From contig JBFIYM010000003.1 of NCBI GenBank assembly GCA_041605395.1, forward strand, positions 1 through 56,111: a DNA stretch of 56,111 bases, in the 5' to 3' direction. Made by a program: the position numbers and the translations under genes. This document shows positions 47,696 to 56,111 of the stretch, one piece after another (the first letter of the stretch is position 1; each line of letters opens with the position of its first letter). Below the pieces are notes generated by a model that searched no databases, had not been told where the DNA came from, and was given only the letters and a program-made list of their open reading frames with translations. This stretch comes from Myxococcota bacterium. Its GTDB lineage: Bacteria > Myxococcota_A > UBA9160 > UBA6930.

Positions 47696-48310
47696 GTGGC
47701 CGAGACCGCCCCCACCCCCAATCGCTTCGAGCGCCGGCGCCTCGAGACCCGCGCTGCCCTCCTCGATGCCGCCATCGCGCTATTCCAGCAGCGGGGCGTG
47801 CGCGCCACCAAGCTCGAGGAGATCTGCGAGCACGCCGACGTCTCGGCGCGCACCTTCTTCAACCACTTCGAGACGCGCGAGCACCTCTACCGGGCGATCG
47901 CCTGGCAGCGCGCCGAGCAGATGGCGGCGCTGATCGAGGCGCGCGGCGCGGAGCGGGCGCCGTTCGACGCGAAGCTGCTCGGCCTGTTCGACGCAATCGG
48001 GGCCTACCTCGCGGAGCGGCCGGCCTGGCGCGAGATGGTCGGCGAGATGCTCTCGCTCCGTCTCGAGGGCGAGGCCGACGCGCAGCGCAAGCTCGGCCAG
48101 GCGCTGCTCGGCTTCGTCACGGCGGGCGTCGCGAGCGGCGAGGTCGCCGCGCGCCACCGCCCCGACGTGCTGGCCGACCTCGTGCTCGGCGGCCTCACCA
48201 CCGCGCTCCGGCGCTGGTGCGACGACCCGGGCTACGACCTCGAAGCCGGACTCGGACGAGCCGCAGAGGCGCTGCTCGATCTGCTTTCCCCTCGGAGGAA
48301 CTTCGCATGA
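47696..48310 (+). CDS. TetR/AcrR-family regulator
   Basis: RRRLETRAALLDAAIALF..RG...T.LEEICEHADVSARTFFNHF. Confidence 0.93.
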   Translation: MAETAPTPNRFERRRLETRAALLDAAIALFQQRGVRATKLEEICEHADVSARTFFNHFETREHLYRAIAWQRAEQMAALIEARGAERAPFDAKLLGLFDAIGAYLAERPAWREMVGEMLSLRLEGEADAQRKLGQALLGFVTAGVASGEVAARHRPDVLADLVLGGLTTALRRWCDDPGYDLEAGLGRAAEALLDLLSPRRNFA

Positions 48311-49722
48311 CGACGAAGAGCGTCGAGACCTTCATGAGCGACCCGATCGGCTACTTCGACGGCTCGATCACGAAGATGCACACGATCCCGCAGCCCGAGC
48401 TCGAGGCCATCCAGCGCGACGCCATGCGGCGGCGCTTCGCCGCGCACCGCGAGAGCATCGAGATGCTCCGCAACCTCGCCGACCGGCTCGACGTGAAGGA
48501 GGTGCGCGAGTTCGACGACGTCGCGCCGCTCTTCTTCCCCCACACGGCGTACAAGTCCTACCCGGCGGCGCTGCTCGACAAGAAGCGCTTCGACCTGATG
48601 ACGAAGTGGCTCCAGAAGCTCACGCCAGAGGACCTCTCGGGCATCGACTGCAGCGGCTGCGACTCGATCGAGGAGTGGATCGACCGGCTCGACGCGGGCT
48701 CGGCGCTGCGCGTGATCACCTCGTCGGGCACGACGGGGACGATCTCGATCATCCCGAAGGACAAGGAGGGCGGCTACTACGGCATGCGGCTCTGGCGGCT
48801 CTTCCTGTTCCAGCGCTTCGGCGAGCCGCCGCCCGACGAGGCGCCGACCGTCGACGTGATCTGGCCCAACTACGCGGACGGCAAGCTGGGCCACCTGCGC
48901 ATGGTGGGGCTGCTCAAGCGCGAGTTCACCGGCGACGACGAGAGCCGCTTCCACGCGCTCTACAACCAGGCCGTGAACACCGACCTGCTGTTCCTCGCGA
49001 GCAAGCTCCGCGCCGCGGCCTCGCGCGGGGAGCTCGACCGCGTGAAGATCGACCCGAAGCTGCTGGCGCGCAAGGACGAGTTCATGGCGATGGAGGCCCG
49101 CCGCCCCCAGGAGATGCAGGCCTTCTTCGAGCGCATGACGTCGGAGCTCCGGGGAAAGCGCGTCTTCATGACCGGCACCTACGCGCTCATGTACGAGATC
49201 GCGAAGGCGGGGCTCGAGCGTGGGGTGAAGGACGTGTTCGCGAAGGACTCGGCGATCCTGACCGGCGGCGGCACCAAGGGCTTCGTGCTGCCCGAGAACT
49301 ACATGGACGTGATCAAGGAGTTCCTGGGCGTCGACCGCATCCAGGAGGGCTACGGCATGTCCGAGATCAGCGCCTTCCACTGGGCCTGCGACGAGGGCCA
49401 CTACCACGTGCAGCCCTGGGTGATCCCCTACGTGCTCGACCCCGAGACGAGCGAGCCGCTCCCGCGCGAGGGCGTCCAGACCGGGCGCGCCGCGTTCTAC
49501 GACCTGCTGCTCGAGAGCCACTGGGGGGGCAGCATCTCGGGCGACGAGATCACGCTCGACTTCTCGACCCCGTGCCGCTGCGGCCTCGCGAGCGTGCACA
49601 TCCACCACGACATCATGCGCTACAGCGAGAAGCAGGGCGTCGAGGACGACCGCATCACCTGCAACGCCACCCAGGAGGTGCACGACGAGGCCGTGAACTT
49701 CCTGAAGGACGTCGAGGCGTGA
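48307..49722 (+). CDS. LuxE-like acyl-protein synthetase (ANL adenylating enzyme)
   Basis: TSSGTTG, LTGGGTKG, YGMSE, SGDEI, CRCG, and a C-terminal Cys (DDRITC). Coupled to the luxC-like gene. Confidence 0.75.
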   Translation: MTTKSVETFMSDPIGYFDGSITKMHTIPQPELEAIQRDAMRRRFAAHRESIEMLRNLADRLDVKEVREFDDVAPLFFPHTAYKSYPAALLDKKRFDLMTKWLQKLTPEDLSGIDCSGCDSIEEWIDRLDAGSALRVITSSGTTGTISIIPKDKEGGYYGMRLWRLFLFQRFGEPPPDEAPTVDVIWPNYADGKLGHLRMVGLLKREFTGDDESRFHALYNQAVNTDLLFLASKLRAAASRGELDRVKIDPKLLARKDEFMAMEARRPQEMQAFFERMTSELRGKRVFMTGTYALMYEIAKAGLERGVKDVFAKDSAILTGGGTKGFVLPENYMDVIKEFLGVDRIQEGYGMSEISAFHWACDEGHYHVQPWVIPYVLDPETSEPLPREGVQTGRAAFYDLLLESHWGGSISGDEITLDFSTPCRCGLASVHIHHDIMRYSEKQGVEDDRITCNATQEVHDEAVNFLKDVEA

Positions 49723-51185
49723 GCGCCGCGGCGTTCCGTGTCCCGCTCTTCCTGCGCGGCGAGGTGGTGGAGGAGGACTGGAAGACGTTCGGGGGCCGCT
49801 ACGGCGGCGCCAGCTTCGAGGCCCCGGACCTGGCCCGCCACGTCGAGCGGCTGCCGCTGGCCAACCCGGTGGCGCTGGCCGACCTCTACGAGATCTCGTT
49901 CGACGAGATCCTCGACGTGCTGGCGGAGCTCGGCCGCGCGCTCGACTTCGAGAAGAACCGCCACGTCCAGGCCGCGTACCAGGCGGCGCTCGTCGCGGCG
50001 CCGTACCCCGCCTCGATGCTCAAGGTGAGCTACACGACCCTGCCGGCGGCCTTCGACCGCGAGGCGATCCGCGAGCTCGCGGACTCGCGCGTCGGCATCG
50101 ACCATCTCGAGGGCTGGGTGCCGCGGCGGCTCCGCGACGGCCGCGAGATCCGCGTTCGCGCCTTCGGCGCGCGCGCCCTCCACATCCCGGCCGGCAACGG
50201 CGGCATCGTCTCGGCCATCACGATCATCCGCAACGCCATCACGCGGAGCGACGCGATCGTGAAGGCGCCCTCGAACGACCCGCTGACCGCGCTCGCCATC
50301 GCGCGCACGCTGGCGGACGTGGCCCCGAACCATCCGCTCACGAAGCACCTCGCGGTGGCCTACTGGAAGGGTGGCGACACGGCCGTCGAGGAGAAGCTCT
50401 TCCGGCCCGAGCACGTCGAGAAGATCGTGGCGTGGGGCGGCTTCGCCTCCGTGAAGCACGTCACGCGCTACATCCAGCCCGGCCTCGAGCTGATCGCGCT
50501 GGACCCGAAGCGGAGCGCGAGCATCATCGGGCCCGAGGCGTTCGAGAGCGACGAGACCCTCGACGAGGTGGCCCAGCGCGCCGCCTGCGACGTCGGCATG
50601 GCAAACCAGGAGGGCTGCGCCTGCGCGCGCGTGATCTACGTCCTGTGCGGGAGCGACGCCCAGGGCATCGAGCGCGCCAACCGGCTCGGCGAGCGCATCT
50701 ACCAGAAGCTGCTGGCGCTCCCCGACCACATCAGCACGAAGCCGCGCAGCTTCGACCGCGAACTCAAGGACCACCTCGAGGCGTCGCGCATGGCCGGCGA
50801 CGACTGGTACCGCGTGATCGGCGGCGAGCAGAACGAGGGTGCCGTGATCGTCTCGCAGATGGACGAGGCCGTGGACTACGCGCCGCTCCTCTCGGGGCGC
50901 GTCGCCAACGTGGTGCCCGTCGACGACGTCAAGAAGGTGACGGACGCGGTGAACGCCTACACCCAGACCGTCGGCATCTACCCCGAGCGCCTGAAGCGCG
51001 AGCTCCGCGACCAGCTCCCGCTCTACGGCGCGCAGCGCCTCACCTCCCTCGGCTACGCCTGCCACGTGAACCCGGCCATGCCCCAGGACGCGATCGAGCC
51101 GGTGCGCCGCATGTGCAAGTGGATCGTCGACGAGGAGTGCGACCCGGCACGGGTTCCGCCCGCGTGGAGGTCGGGAGCGCGGTAG
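49719..51185 (+). CDS. LuxC-like acyl-CoA reductase
   Basis: HIPAGN, IVKAPSNDP, AYWKGGD, IVAWGG, DPKRS, catalytic NQEGCACAR, QTVGIYP, GAQR. Confidence 0.85.
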   Translation: MSAAAFRVPLFLRGEVVEEDWKTFGGRYGGASFEAPDLARHVERLPLANPVALADLYEISFDEILDVLAELGRALDFEKNRHVQAAYQAALVAAPYPASMLKVSYTTLPAAFDREAIRELADSRVGIDHLEGWVPRRLRDGREIRVRAFGARALHIPAGNGGIVSAITIIRNAITRSDAIVKAPSNDPLTALAIARTLADVAPNHPLTKHLAVAYWKGGDTAVEEKLFRPEHVEKIVAWGGFASVKHVTRYIQPGLELIALDPKRSASIIGPEAFESDETLDEVAQRAACDVGMANQEGCACARVIYVLCGSDAQGIERANRLGERIYQKLLALPDHISTKPRSFDRELKDHLEASRMAGDDWYRVIGGEQNEGAVIVSQMDEAVDYAPLLSGRVANVVPVDDVKKVTDAVNAYTQTVGIYPERLKRELRDQLPLYGAQRLTSLGYACHVNPAMPQDAIEPVRRMCKWIVDEECDPARVPPAWRSGAR

Positions 51186-51194
51186 CATCGCGCG

Positions 51195-52700
51195 ATGAGG
51201 ACGCCGAGTGCGCTCCACCCGGTGGTGCGCGGCCTGGCAGTGGCGGGGGTGTCGGCGGGCCTGTGGGCCGCGAGCTTCCCGCCCCTCGGCGTGTGGGCCC
51301 TCGGCTGGTTCGCCCTGGTCCCCCTCTTCTGCCGCCTCGTACTCCTGTCCCCGGGCCGGGCGGCCGGGCTGGCTGCCGCGTGGGCGGCGCTGGCGACGCT
51401 CGGGGTGGCGTGGTGGTTCCCGGCGACGGTGGCCGGCTTCTTCGGCGCGGGAGCCGGCTCGGGGCTCGCCGGCCTCGCCGTGTTGGCGGGGCTCGACGCT
51501 GCCCTCTACGCGCCGTTCGGCGCGTGGCTCGGCGCCTGTGGGCGCCGCGGGCGGGCGAGTCCCCTCGCCGTCGGCGCGGCGTTCACCCTCGCGGAGTTCG
51601 TGCGCTCGCGCTTCTGGATCGCGAACCCCTTCGCGCTGGCGGCGGCCGCACAGACCGAGGGGCCGTGGCTCCAGCTCGTGGACCTGGTCGGCGCCTTCGG
51701 GCTCGGGTGGCTCGTGGTCACGACCAACGCCGTGGTGGCGGGCTTCTGGTCGCCGGCCTTCCGCGGAAGCGCGCCGTGGCGCAGACGCACCGCAACGGTG
51801 GTGTGTCTTCTCGCGGGCCTCGGGTACGGGCTCGTGAAGGCCGCGGCACCCGCGGTCGGCTCTTCGGCGCGGGTCGGGGTGGTCCAGACCCTGCCCCCGA
51901 GCCACGCTCCCAGCCAGGGTCCGTCGCGGCTCGAGCGCCAGCTCGCGCTCAGCCGGGAGGCCCTCGACCACGGGGCGGAGCTGGTGCTGTGGCCGGAGTA
52001 CGCGGTCGACTTCTATCTCCGGGAAGCCGGCCCGGAGCGCGATCGGCTGCTGGCACTCACGGCGGAGACGCCCCTCGAGCTTGCGGTCGGCGCGCCACAC
52101 TACCGGGTCGGGGACGGCGGCGGGCTCCGCTACACGACGAGCGTCTTCCTGCTGCGCGACGGGCAGGTGGTCGGGCGCTCGGACAAGACCCACCTGGTGC
52201 CGTTCGCCGAGTCGGCGCCCCTCGGCCTCGCCCTTGCCGCGCCGGGAGCGCGGTACAGCCCAGGAGAGGGCGCCCGTGTGCTGGAAGCCCGCGAGGTGGC
52301 CCTCGGGAGCCTGATCTGCTCGGAGGCCTTCTTCTCGGACGTGGCGCGCCGGCTGGTGCGCGGGGGCGCCGAGCTGCTCTCGAACCCCTCCAACGACGCC
52401 TGGTACGGCAACGCGGCCGGCGCGGCCCACCAGCTCCAGGCTGCCATCCTGCGGGCGGTGGAGAACGGCCGTCCGCTGGTGCGACCCGCGGCTGCGGGGG
52501 CCTCGGTGCACATCGACAGCCGGGGACGCGTGCGAGATCTCCTGCCGGGCCGGGACGAGGGCGTGGCTGTGGTGCACTTCACGCGGCCCACTGGCCACAC
52601 GGTCTACAATCGGCTGGGAGACGGGGCCGTCTGGCTCGCCGCGTTCGTGGCGGCGGCCCCTTGGTTCCCCACAGCGCTGCTTCGTAGGAGATCCCGATGA
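51195..52700 (+). CDS. lnt: Apolipoprotein N-acyltransferase (Lnt) paralog 2
   Basis: SFPP...W..LVP, triad WPEYA / DKTHLVPFAE / ICSEA, SNDAWYG, LRAVENGR, TVY.RLGD. Confidence 0.88.
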   Translation: MRTPSALHPVVRGLAVAGVSAGLWAASFPPLGVWALGWFALVPLFCRLVLLSPGRAAGLAAAWAALATLGVAWWFPATVAGFFGAGAGSGLAGLAVLAGLDAALYAPFGAWLGACGRRGRASPLAVGAAFTLAEFVRSRFWIANPFALAAAAQTEGPWLQLVDLVGAFGLGWLVVTTNAVVAGFWSPAFRGSAPWRRRTATVVCLLAGLGYGLVKAAAPAVGSSARVGVVQTLPPSHAPSQGPSRLERQLALSREALDHGAELVLWPEYAVDFYLREAGPERDRLLALTAETPLELAVGAPHYRVGDGGGLRYTTSVFLLRDGQVVGRSDKTHLVPFAESAPLGLALAAPGARYSPGEGARVLEAREVALGSLICSEAFFSDVARRLVRGGAELLSNPSNDAWYGNAAGAAHQLQAAILRAVENGRPLVRPAAAGASVHIDSRGRVRDLLPGRDEGVAVVHFTRPTGHTVYNRLGDGAVWLAAFVAAAPWFPTALLRRRSR

Positions 52701-53494
52701 ACACCCGTTCCCCCCGCCCCTGGCTCCCCCTGGTCGCTTCCCTGCTTCTGGCGGCCCCGGCCTGGTCCGGTTCGCCCGGCCCGAATGCCCGCCTCAACCT
52801 GCTTCCCCTCGGCACCTGCCAGGCCGAGCCCGAGCAGCACTGCCTGGACCACTTCGACTGCGAGAACGCGATGGGCGGTCCGGGGCGGTGCTCGACCTCC
52901 CTCGCCCGGGAGCGCATTCGCGGCGTGCTGACGGTGATCGGAGACAAGGACTCCTCGCTTGCCGGCCCGCCGATACCTCTCACCGAGGATGCCGCCGGCA
53001 ACGTCGTGCCGGAGGACTTCTCGGGCACCACGCTCACCCTGATGCTCGAGTTCATGCACCGGGGGGAGCGCGTGGTGATCGCCGAGAGCTTCCGGGACCT
53101 GGGACCGTTCGTGAGCCCGGAGCTCAACATCGACTGCGCCGGCTTCTGCTTCCCGACCTGGCGCGAGCCCGCCGTGGAGACGCGCGTGGCCCAGGAGCCC
53201 AGCGACGACGACACCTCCGGCGCGGGCGGCGGTGGTGGCGACGGCGGCGGCGCTGGGGGCGGCGGTGGCGGTGGCCAGCAGGCCGGCAGCCAGGGTATCC
53301 GCATCCTCTGGGCCACGCTTCCGCCGGCCGCGGAGGCGGAGCTGGTGCGCATCCTCGAGCTCCCGGAGGGCGCGGTGCCGTTCGTCGAGATGGTGGACGA
53401 AAAGGACATCTTCGACCACGCGGCCGAGGACGACCTGCTCGCGTCGGTGCACCGGCTCAAGGTGGTGATCCGCGCCATCCTGCCCGAGGGCTGA
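52697..53494 (+). CDS. Secreted Cys-containing protein with Gly-rich loop
   Basis: Signal peptide, C-x7-C-x5-C-x9-C, a second Cys pair CAGFC, and a poly-Gly tract. ATG overlaps the lnt stop. Confidence 0.78.
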   Translation: MNTRSPRPWLPLVASLLLAAPAWSGSPGPNARLNLLPLGTCQAEPEQHCLDHFDCENAMGGPGRCSTSLARERIRGVLTVIGDKDSSLAGPPIPLTEDAAGNVVPEDFSGTTLTLMLEFMHRGERVVIAESFRDLGPFVSPELNIDCAGFCFPTWREPAVETRVAQEPSDDDTSGAGGGGGDGGGAGGGGGGGQQAGSQGIRILWATLPPAAEAELVRILELPEGAVPFVEMVDEKDIFDHAAEDDLLASVHRLKVVIRAILPEG

Positions 53495-53507
53495 GCCCGG
53501 GGGAGGG

Positions 53508-55868
53508 ATGCGCCGACTCGGAGCACGCGACGCAGCCCTGCTCTGGACCCTGCTGGGCGTGTGGGCGGTCTGCTTCACGCTGCACGTGAACGCACTCGCC
53601 ACGGGGCGCCTGGCGTGGCTCCCGCTCCAGGTGGCCGGAGCCGACGGTCCGGACGACTACCCGGTCGTGAGCGGCTTCTGGAGCGGAGCCGAGGCGGAGG
53701 CGAGCTCGCTGCGCCCCGGCGATCGCCTGGTCTCCGTCGGAGAGGCGCCGCTCCGAGGCGCGGGCCCGCTCGGGTTCGCGGCCCGCGCCTACCAGGCGCT
53801 CGGGGACACGGGACCCGCGCCGCGACTTCGCTTCGAGCGGGCGGGCGAGCGAGGCGAGGCGGCGCTGCCCCTCGTCCCGGTGCGATGGCCGGGGCGCGTG
53901 ACCTTCCTCTCGCTGGTGTTCGTGGCGGCCGGCGCCGTCGCCTTCGTGCGCTCGCGGGGCATGCGCGCGGCGGGGCTGCTCTTTGTCTCGATGTGGGGCT
54001 ACGCGCTCCACTGGACCTACTTCTTCGGCTCACCGCCCGCGCTGACGCCGCTGGCCGTGGCCGTCTTCGCCCTGGGGGTGTCCGTGGCCCTGGTCTGCGC
54101 GTGCTGGGCCCTCCTGGAGTTTCCACCCGAGACGGCGCGTCGCGGGGCGTGGCGTTGGCTCCCGCTGGTCTTCGCTCCGGTGGGTCCGGCGGCGTCGTCT
54201 TGGGCGTTCGACTGGCCGTTGTCCTCGTCGCTCGGCTGGTCCCTGAACCTCGGCGGCTCGATCGCCTTCCTGCTCGTGATGGCGCTGCTCCTGCTCTCGA
54301 ACTTCCGGCGGGCCAGCGGCGACGGGCGCCGCCAGATCAAGTGGGTGGTGCTCGGGGTGCAGGTCGGCGTGGTGCCGCCGCTCCTCGCGGGCGTCGCCAC
54401 CCTGGCGCGCCCGGAACTGTGGTGGCTCTGGGAGCTCAGCCTGTTCTCGCTCGCCGCGATTCCGCTGGGCGCCGCGGTGGCGTTGGCCCACGACCGCCTG
54501 TTCGACGTGGACGGACTCCTCACCCGCGCCAGCAGCCTCTCCCTGCTCTCGCTGGGCCTGGTGGCGCTCCTGATCTTCGTGATCCCCCGCCTCGGCGCGG
54601 CCCTGGATGAGGTGGTGGACCCGACGGTGGCCCAGATGGGGCTCTCGGTGCTCGCGGCCGGGGCGCTCTTCGGCCTGCGCTCCTGGCTCGAGCCGACGCT
54701 GGGTCGGGCGCTCTTCGCGGAACGGCGTCGGCTCGAGACGGAGTCGCAGCGCCTGCGCGATTCCTTCGACCGCTGCGAGAAGCCCCGAGAGCTGCTGACC
54801 CGTCTGGGCGAGGGGCTTCGGGAGCTGCTCGCCCCGAGCTGCACCGTGGTCTACTCCCCGAGCGGGACGGTGTTGGCCCCGCTCTACGCCGACGGACCGG
54901 CGGTGGCGCCGGGGTTCGAGCTGGAGGGGGCCTTCGCGCGCGGGCTCGAGCGTCTCGCGGGCCCGGTCTCGCGCCACGAGCTCGGTCGGCTGCCGACCTG
55001 GCAGCCCTCGGAGACCGAGGTGGCCGCGCTCGACGCCATGGGGGTGGACCTGGTACTGCCCCTGGTGCTGGACGGTCGCCTCGAGGCGCTGGTGTGCCTG
55101 GGCGAGAAGCGCTCCGGCGACCTCTACTCGCAGACGGACCGGGCGCTCCTCGCGGGGGTGGTGGATCGCGCCTGTCAGGAGCTACGGCACTTCGAGCGGG
55201 AGCGGACCCTCGAGACGGAGCGCGCGCGCAGCGAACGCCTCGAGCGCTTCGTACCCGGGGCGGTGCGCGAGCGCATCGACGGCGGCGAGGCGCTCGACGC
55301 GCGCCCGCGCCAGGTGACGGTGCTCTTCGTGGACATTCGCGGCTACACGGCCTTCTCCGAACAGCACCGGCCCGACGAGATCTTCTCCCTCGTCAACCGC
55401 TACACCGCGGCGGTGAGCGCCCGGATCCGGGCGCACGGCGGCGCCGTGGTGGACTTCAGCGGCGACGGCCTGATGGCCGTCTTCGGCGCGCCGGAGGCGC
55501 ACGCGGAGAAGGAGCGGGCCGCCGTGCGCGCGGCCCGCGCCATCGTGGCCGAGGTCCGCGAGCTCCTGGCCGAGGGGCGTGGCGAGGAGCCCTTCGCGCG
55601 CGACGTGGGCGTCGGGATCGCGAGCGGCGAGGGCTACACCGGCACCATCCGCTCGGTGGAACGCGACATCTGGTGCGTGCTCGGCAACACCACCAACCTG
55701 GCCGCTCGGCTCCAGGCCCTGAGCCGAGAGCTCGAAGCCTCGGTGGTGATCGACGAGGCGACCGCGCAGGCGTGCGCGGGTGAGCTCGCCGGCTTCGAGC
55801 GCGTGGGGCTGCGCCAGGTGCGCGGCCGCAATGTGCCGGTGCTGCTCTACGCCCTGCCGCTCGCCTGA
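53508..55868 (+). CDS. Receptor nucleotidyl cyclase (PDZ-like, multi-TM, GAF-like, class III cyclase)
   Basis: LRPGDRLVSVG (PDZ-like), about 9 TM segments, LGEKRSGDLYS..D..LL, LFVDIRGYT, GDGLMAVFG, NLAARL. Confidence 0.88.
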   Translation: MRRLGARDAALLWTLLGVWAVCFTLHVNALATGRLAWLPLQVAGADGPDDYPVVSGFWSGAEAEASSLRPGDRLVSVGEAPLRGAGPLGFAARAYQALGDTGPAPRLRFERAGERGEAALPLVPVRWPGRVTFLSLVFVAAGAVAFVRSRGMRAAGLLFVSMWGYALHWTYFFGSPPALTPLAVAVFALGVSVALVCACWALLEFPPETARRGAWRWLPLVFAPVGPAASSWAFDWPLSSSLGWSLNLGGSIAFLLVMALLLLSNFRRASGDGRRQIKWVVLGVQVGVVPPLLAGVATLARPELWWLWELSLFSLAAIPLGAAVALAHDRLFDVDGLLTRASSLSLLSLGLVALLIFVIPRLGAALDEVVDPTVAQMGLSVLAAGALFGLRSWLEPTLGRALFAERRRLETESQRLRDSFDRCEKPRELLTRLGEGLRELLAPSCTVVYSPSGTVLAPLYADGPAVAPGFELEGAFARGLERLAGPVSRHELGRLPTWQPSETEVAALDAMGVDLVLPLVLDGRLEALVCLGEKRSGDLYSQTDRALLAGVVDRACQELRHFERERTLETERARSERLERFVPGAVRERIDGGEALDARPRQVTVLFVDIRGYTAFSEQHRPDEIFSLVNRYTAAVSARIRAHGGAVVDFSGDGLMAVFGAPEAHAEKERAAVRAARAIVAEVRELLAEGRGEEPFARDVGVGIASGEGYTGTIRSVERDIWCVLGNTTNLAARLQALSRELEASVVIDEATAQACAGELAGFERVGLRQVRGRNVPVLLYALPLA

Positions 55869-55967
55869 GCCGCGGTGTGCTGAAGCCCATCGCCGCCCCT
55901 CGTCGTTCGCGCGATGGATCCAGGCCCGCGCCGGCTTCGCCTAGACTGGGGCCCAGGAGGATCCCCC

Positions 55968-56111
55968 GTGGCTGGACGGCTCGCAGGCAAGCTCGCGCTC
56001 ATCACCGGCGCCGGCGCCGGGCTCGGCGCCCAGATGGCGCGCCGCTTCCACGAGGAAGGGGCCGAGATCGTCGTGAACGATCTCCGCAAGGCCGCGGCCG
56101 AGGCCGTCGCC
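55968..56111 (+). CDS. Short-chain dehydrogenase/reductase (5' part only)
   Basis: AGGAGG RBS, then GTG-AGRLAGKLALITGAGAGLG..MARRF..EGA.IVVND. Confidence 0.85.
   Translation, partial: MAGRLAGKLALITGAGAGLGAQMARRFHEEGAEIVVNDLRKAAAEAVA

Noticed and set aside
46644-51185. Complete bioluminescence (lux) operon
   Set aside because: There is only one LLM gene, of a generic type, with no luxA/luxB pair, luxD or luxG. Light emission is not supported.
53219-53275. GGC-rich low-complexity tract
   Set aside because: It encodes an in-frame poly-Gly loop of the secreted protein and is not an independent repeat element.
53508-55868. Pycsar/CBASS-type anti-phage cyclase
   Set aside because: The cyclase is fused to a multi-TM receptor, and no cyclic-nucleotide-binding TIR or TM effector gene is adjacent.

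Overview
This is a very GC-rich bacterial window with about 50 credible genes. The gene content (sigma-54 promoters and activator, Lnt paralogs, DUF1329/DUF3604 proteins, lipid/steroid catabolism) suggests a diderm such as Myxococcota or a related 'deltaproteobacterial' lineage; that assignment is inference only. In order it holds: ALDH and recQ; a cytochrome b/ferredoxin/MvhD fusion divergent from a heme-copper operon whose active site (HSSQQ, no cross-linked Tyr) points to an eNOR-type NO reductase; a signalling island (sigma-54 activator, two kinases, Lnt paralog, output-less receptor, sigma-54-driven secreted protein); a Mycobacterium-like CYP51 cluster; malic enzyme and GDH; envelope and lipid genes; a CYP123-like P450; and a tightly coupled TetR-luxE-luxC-lnt-secreted protein-cyclase run. 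The best candidate for an undescribed system is a module that occurs twice: an Lnt-like N-acyltransferase, a small secreted protein and a PDZ-like/multi-TM/GAF receptor. The receptor output is a His kinase in one copy and a cyclase with guanylyl-cyclase-like residues in the other. A shared palindromic operator also links cyp51, the ferredoxin gene and cyp123 over 25 kb. No rRNA, tRNA, CRISPR array or transposase was recognised. All calls come from reading motifs by eye; no searches were run.
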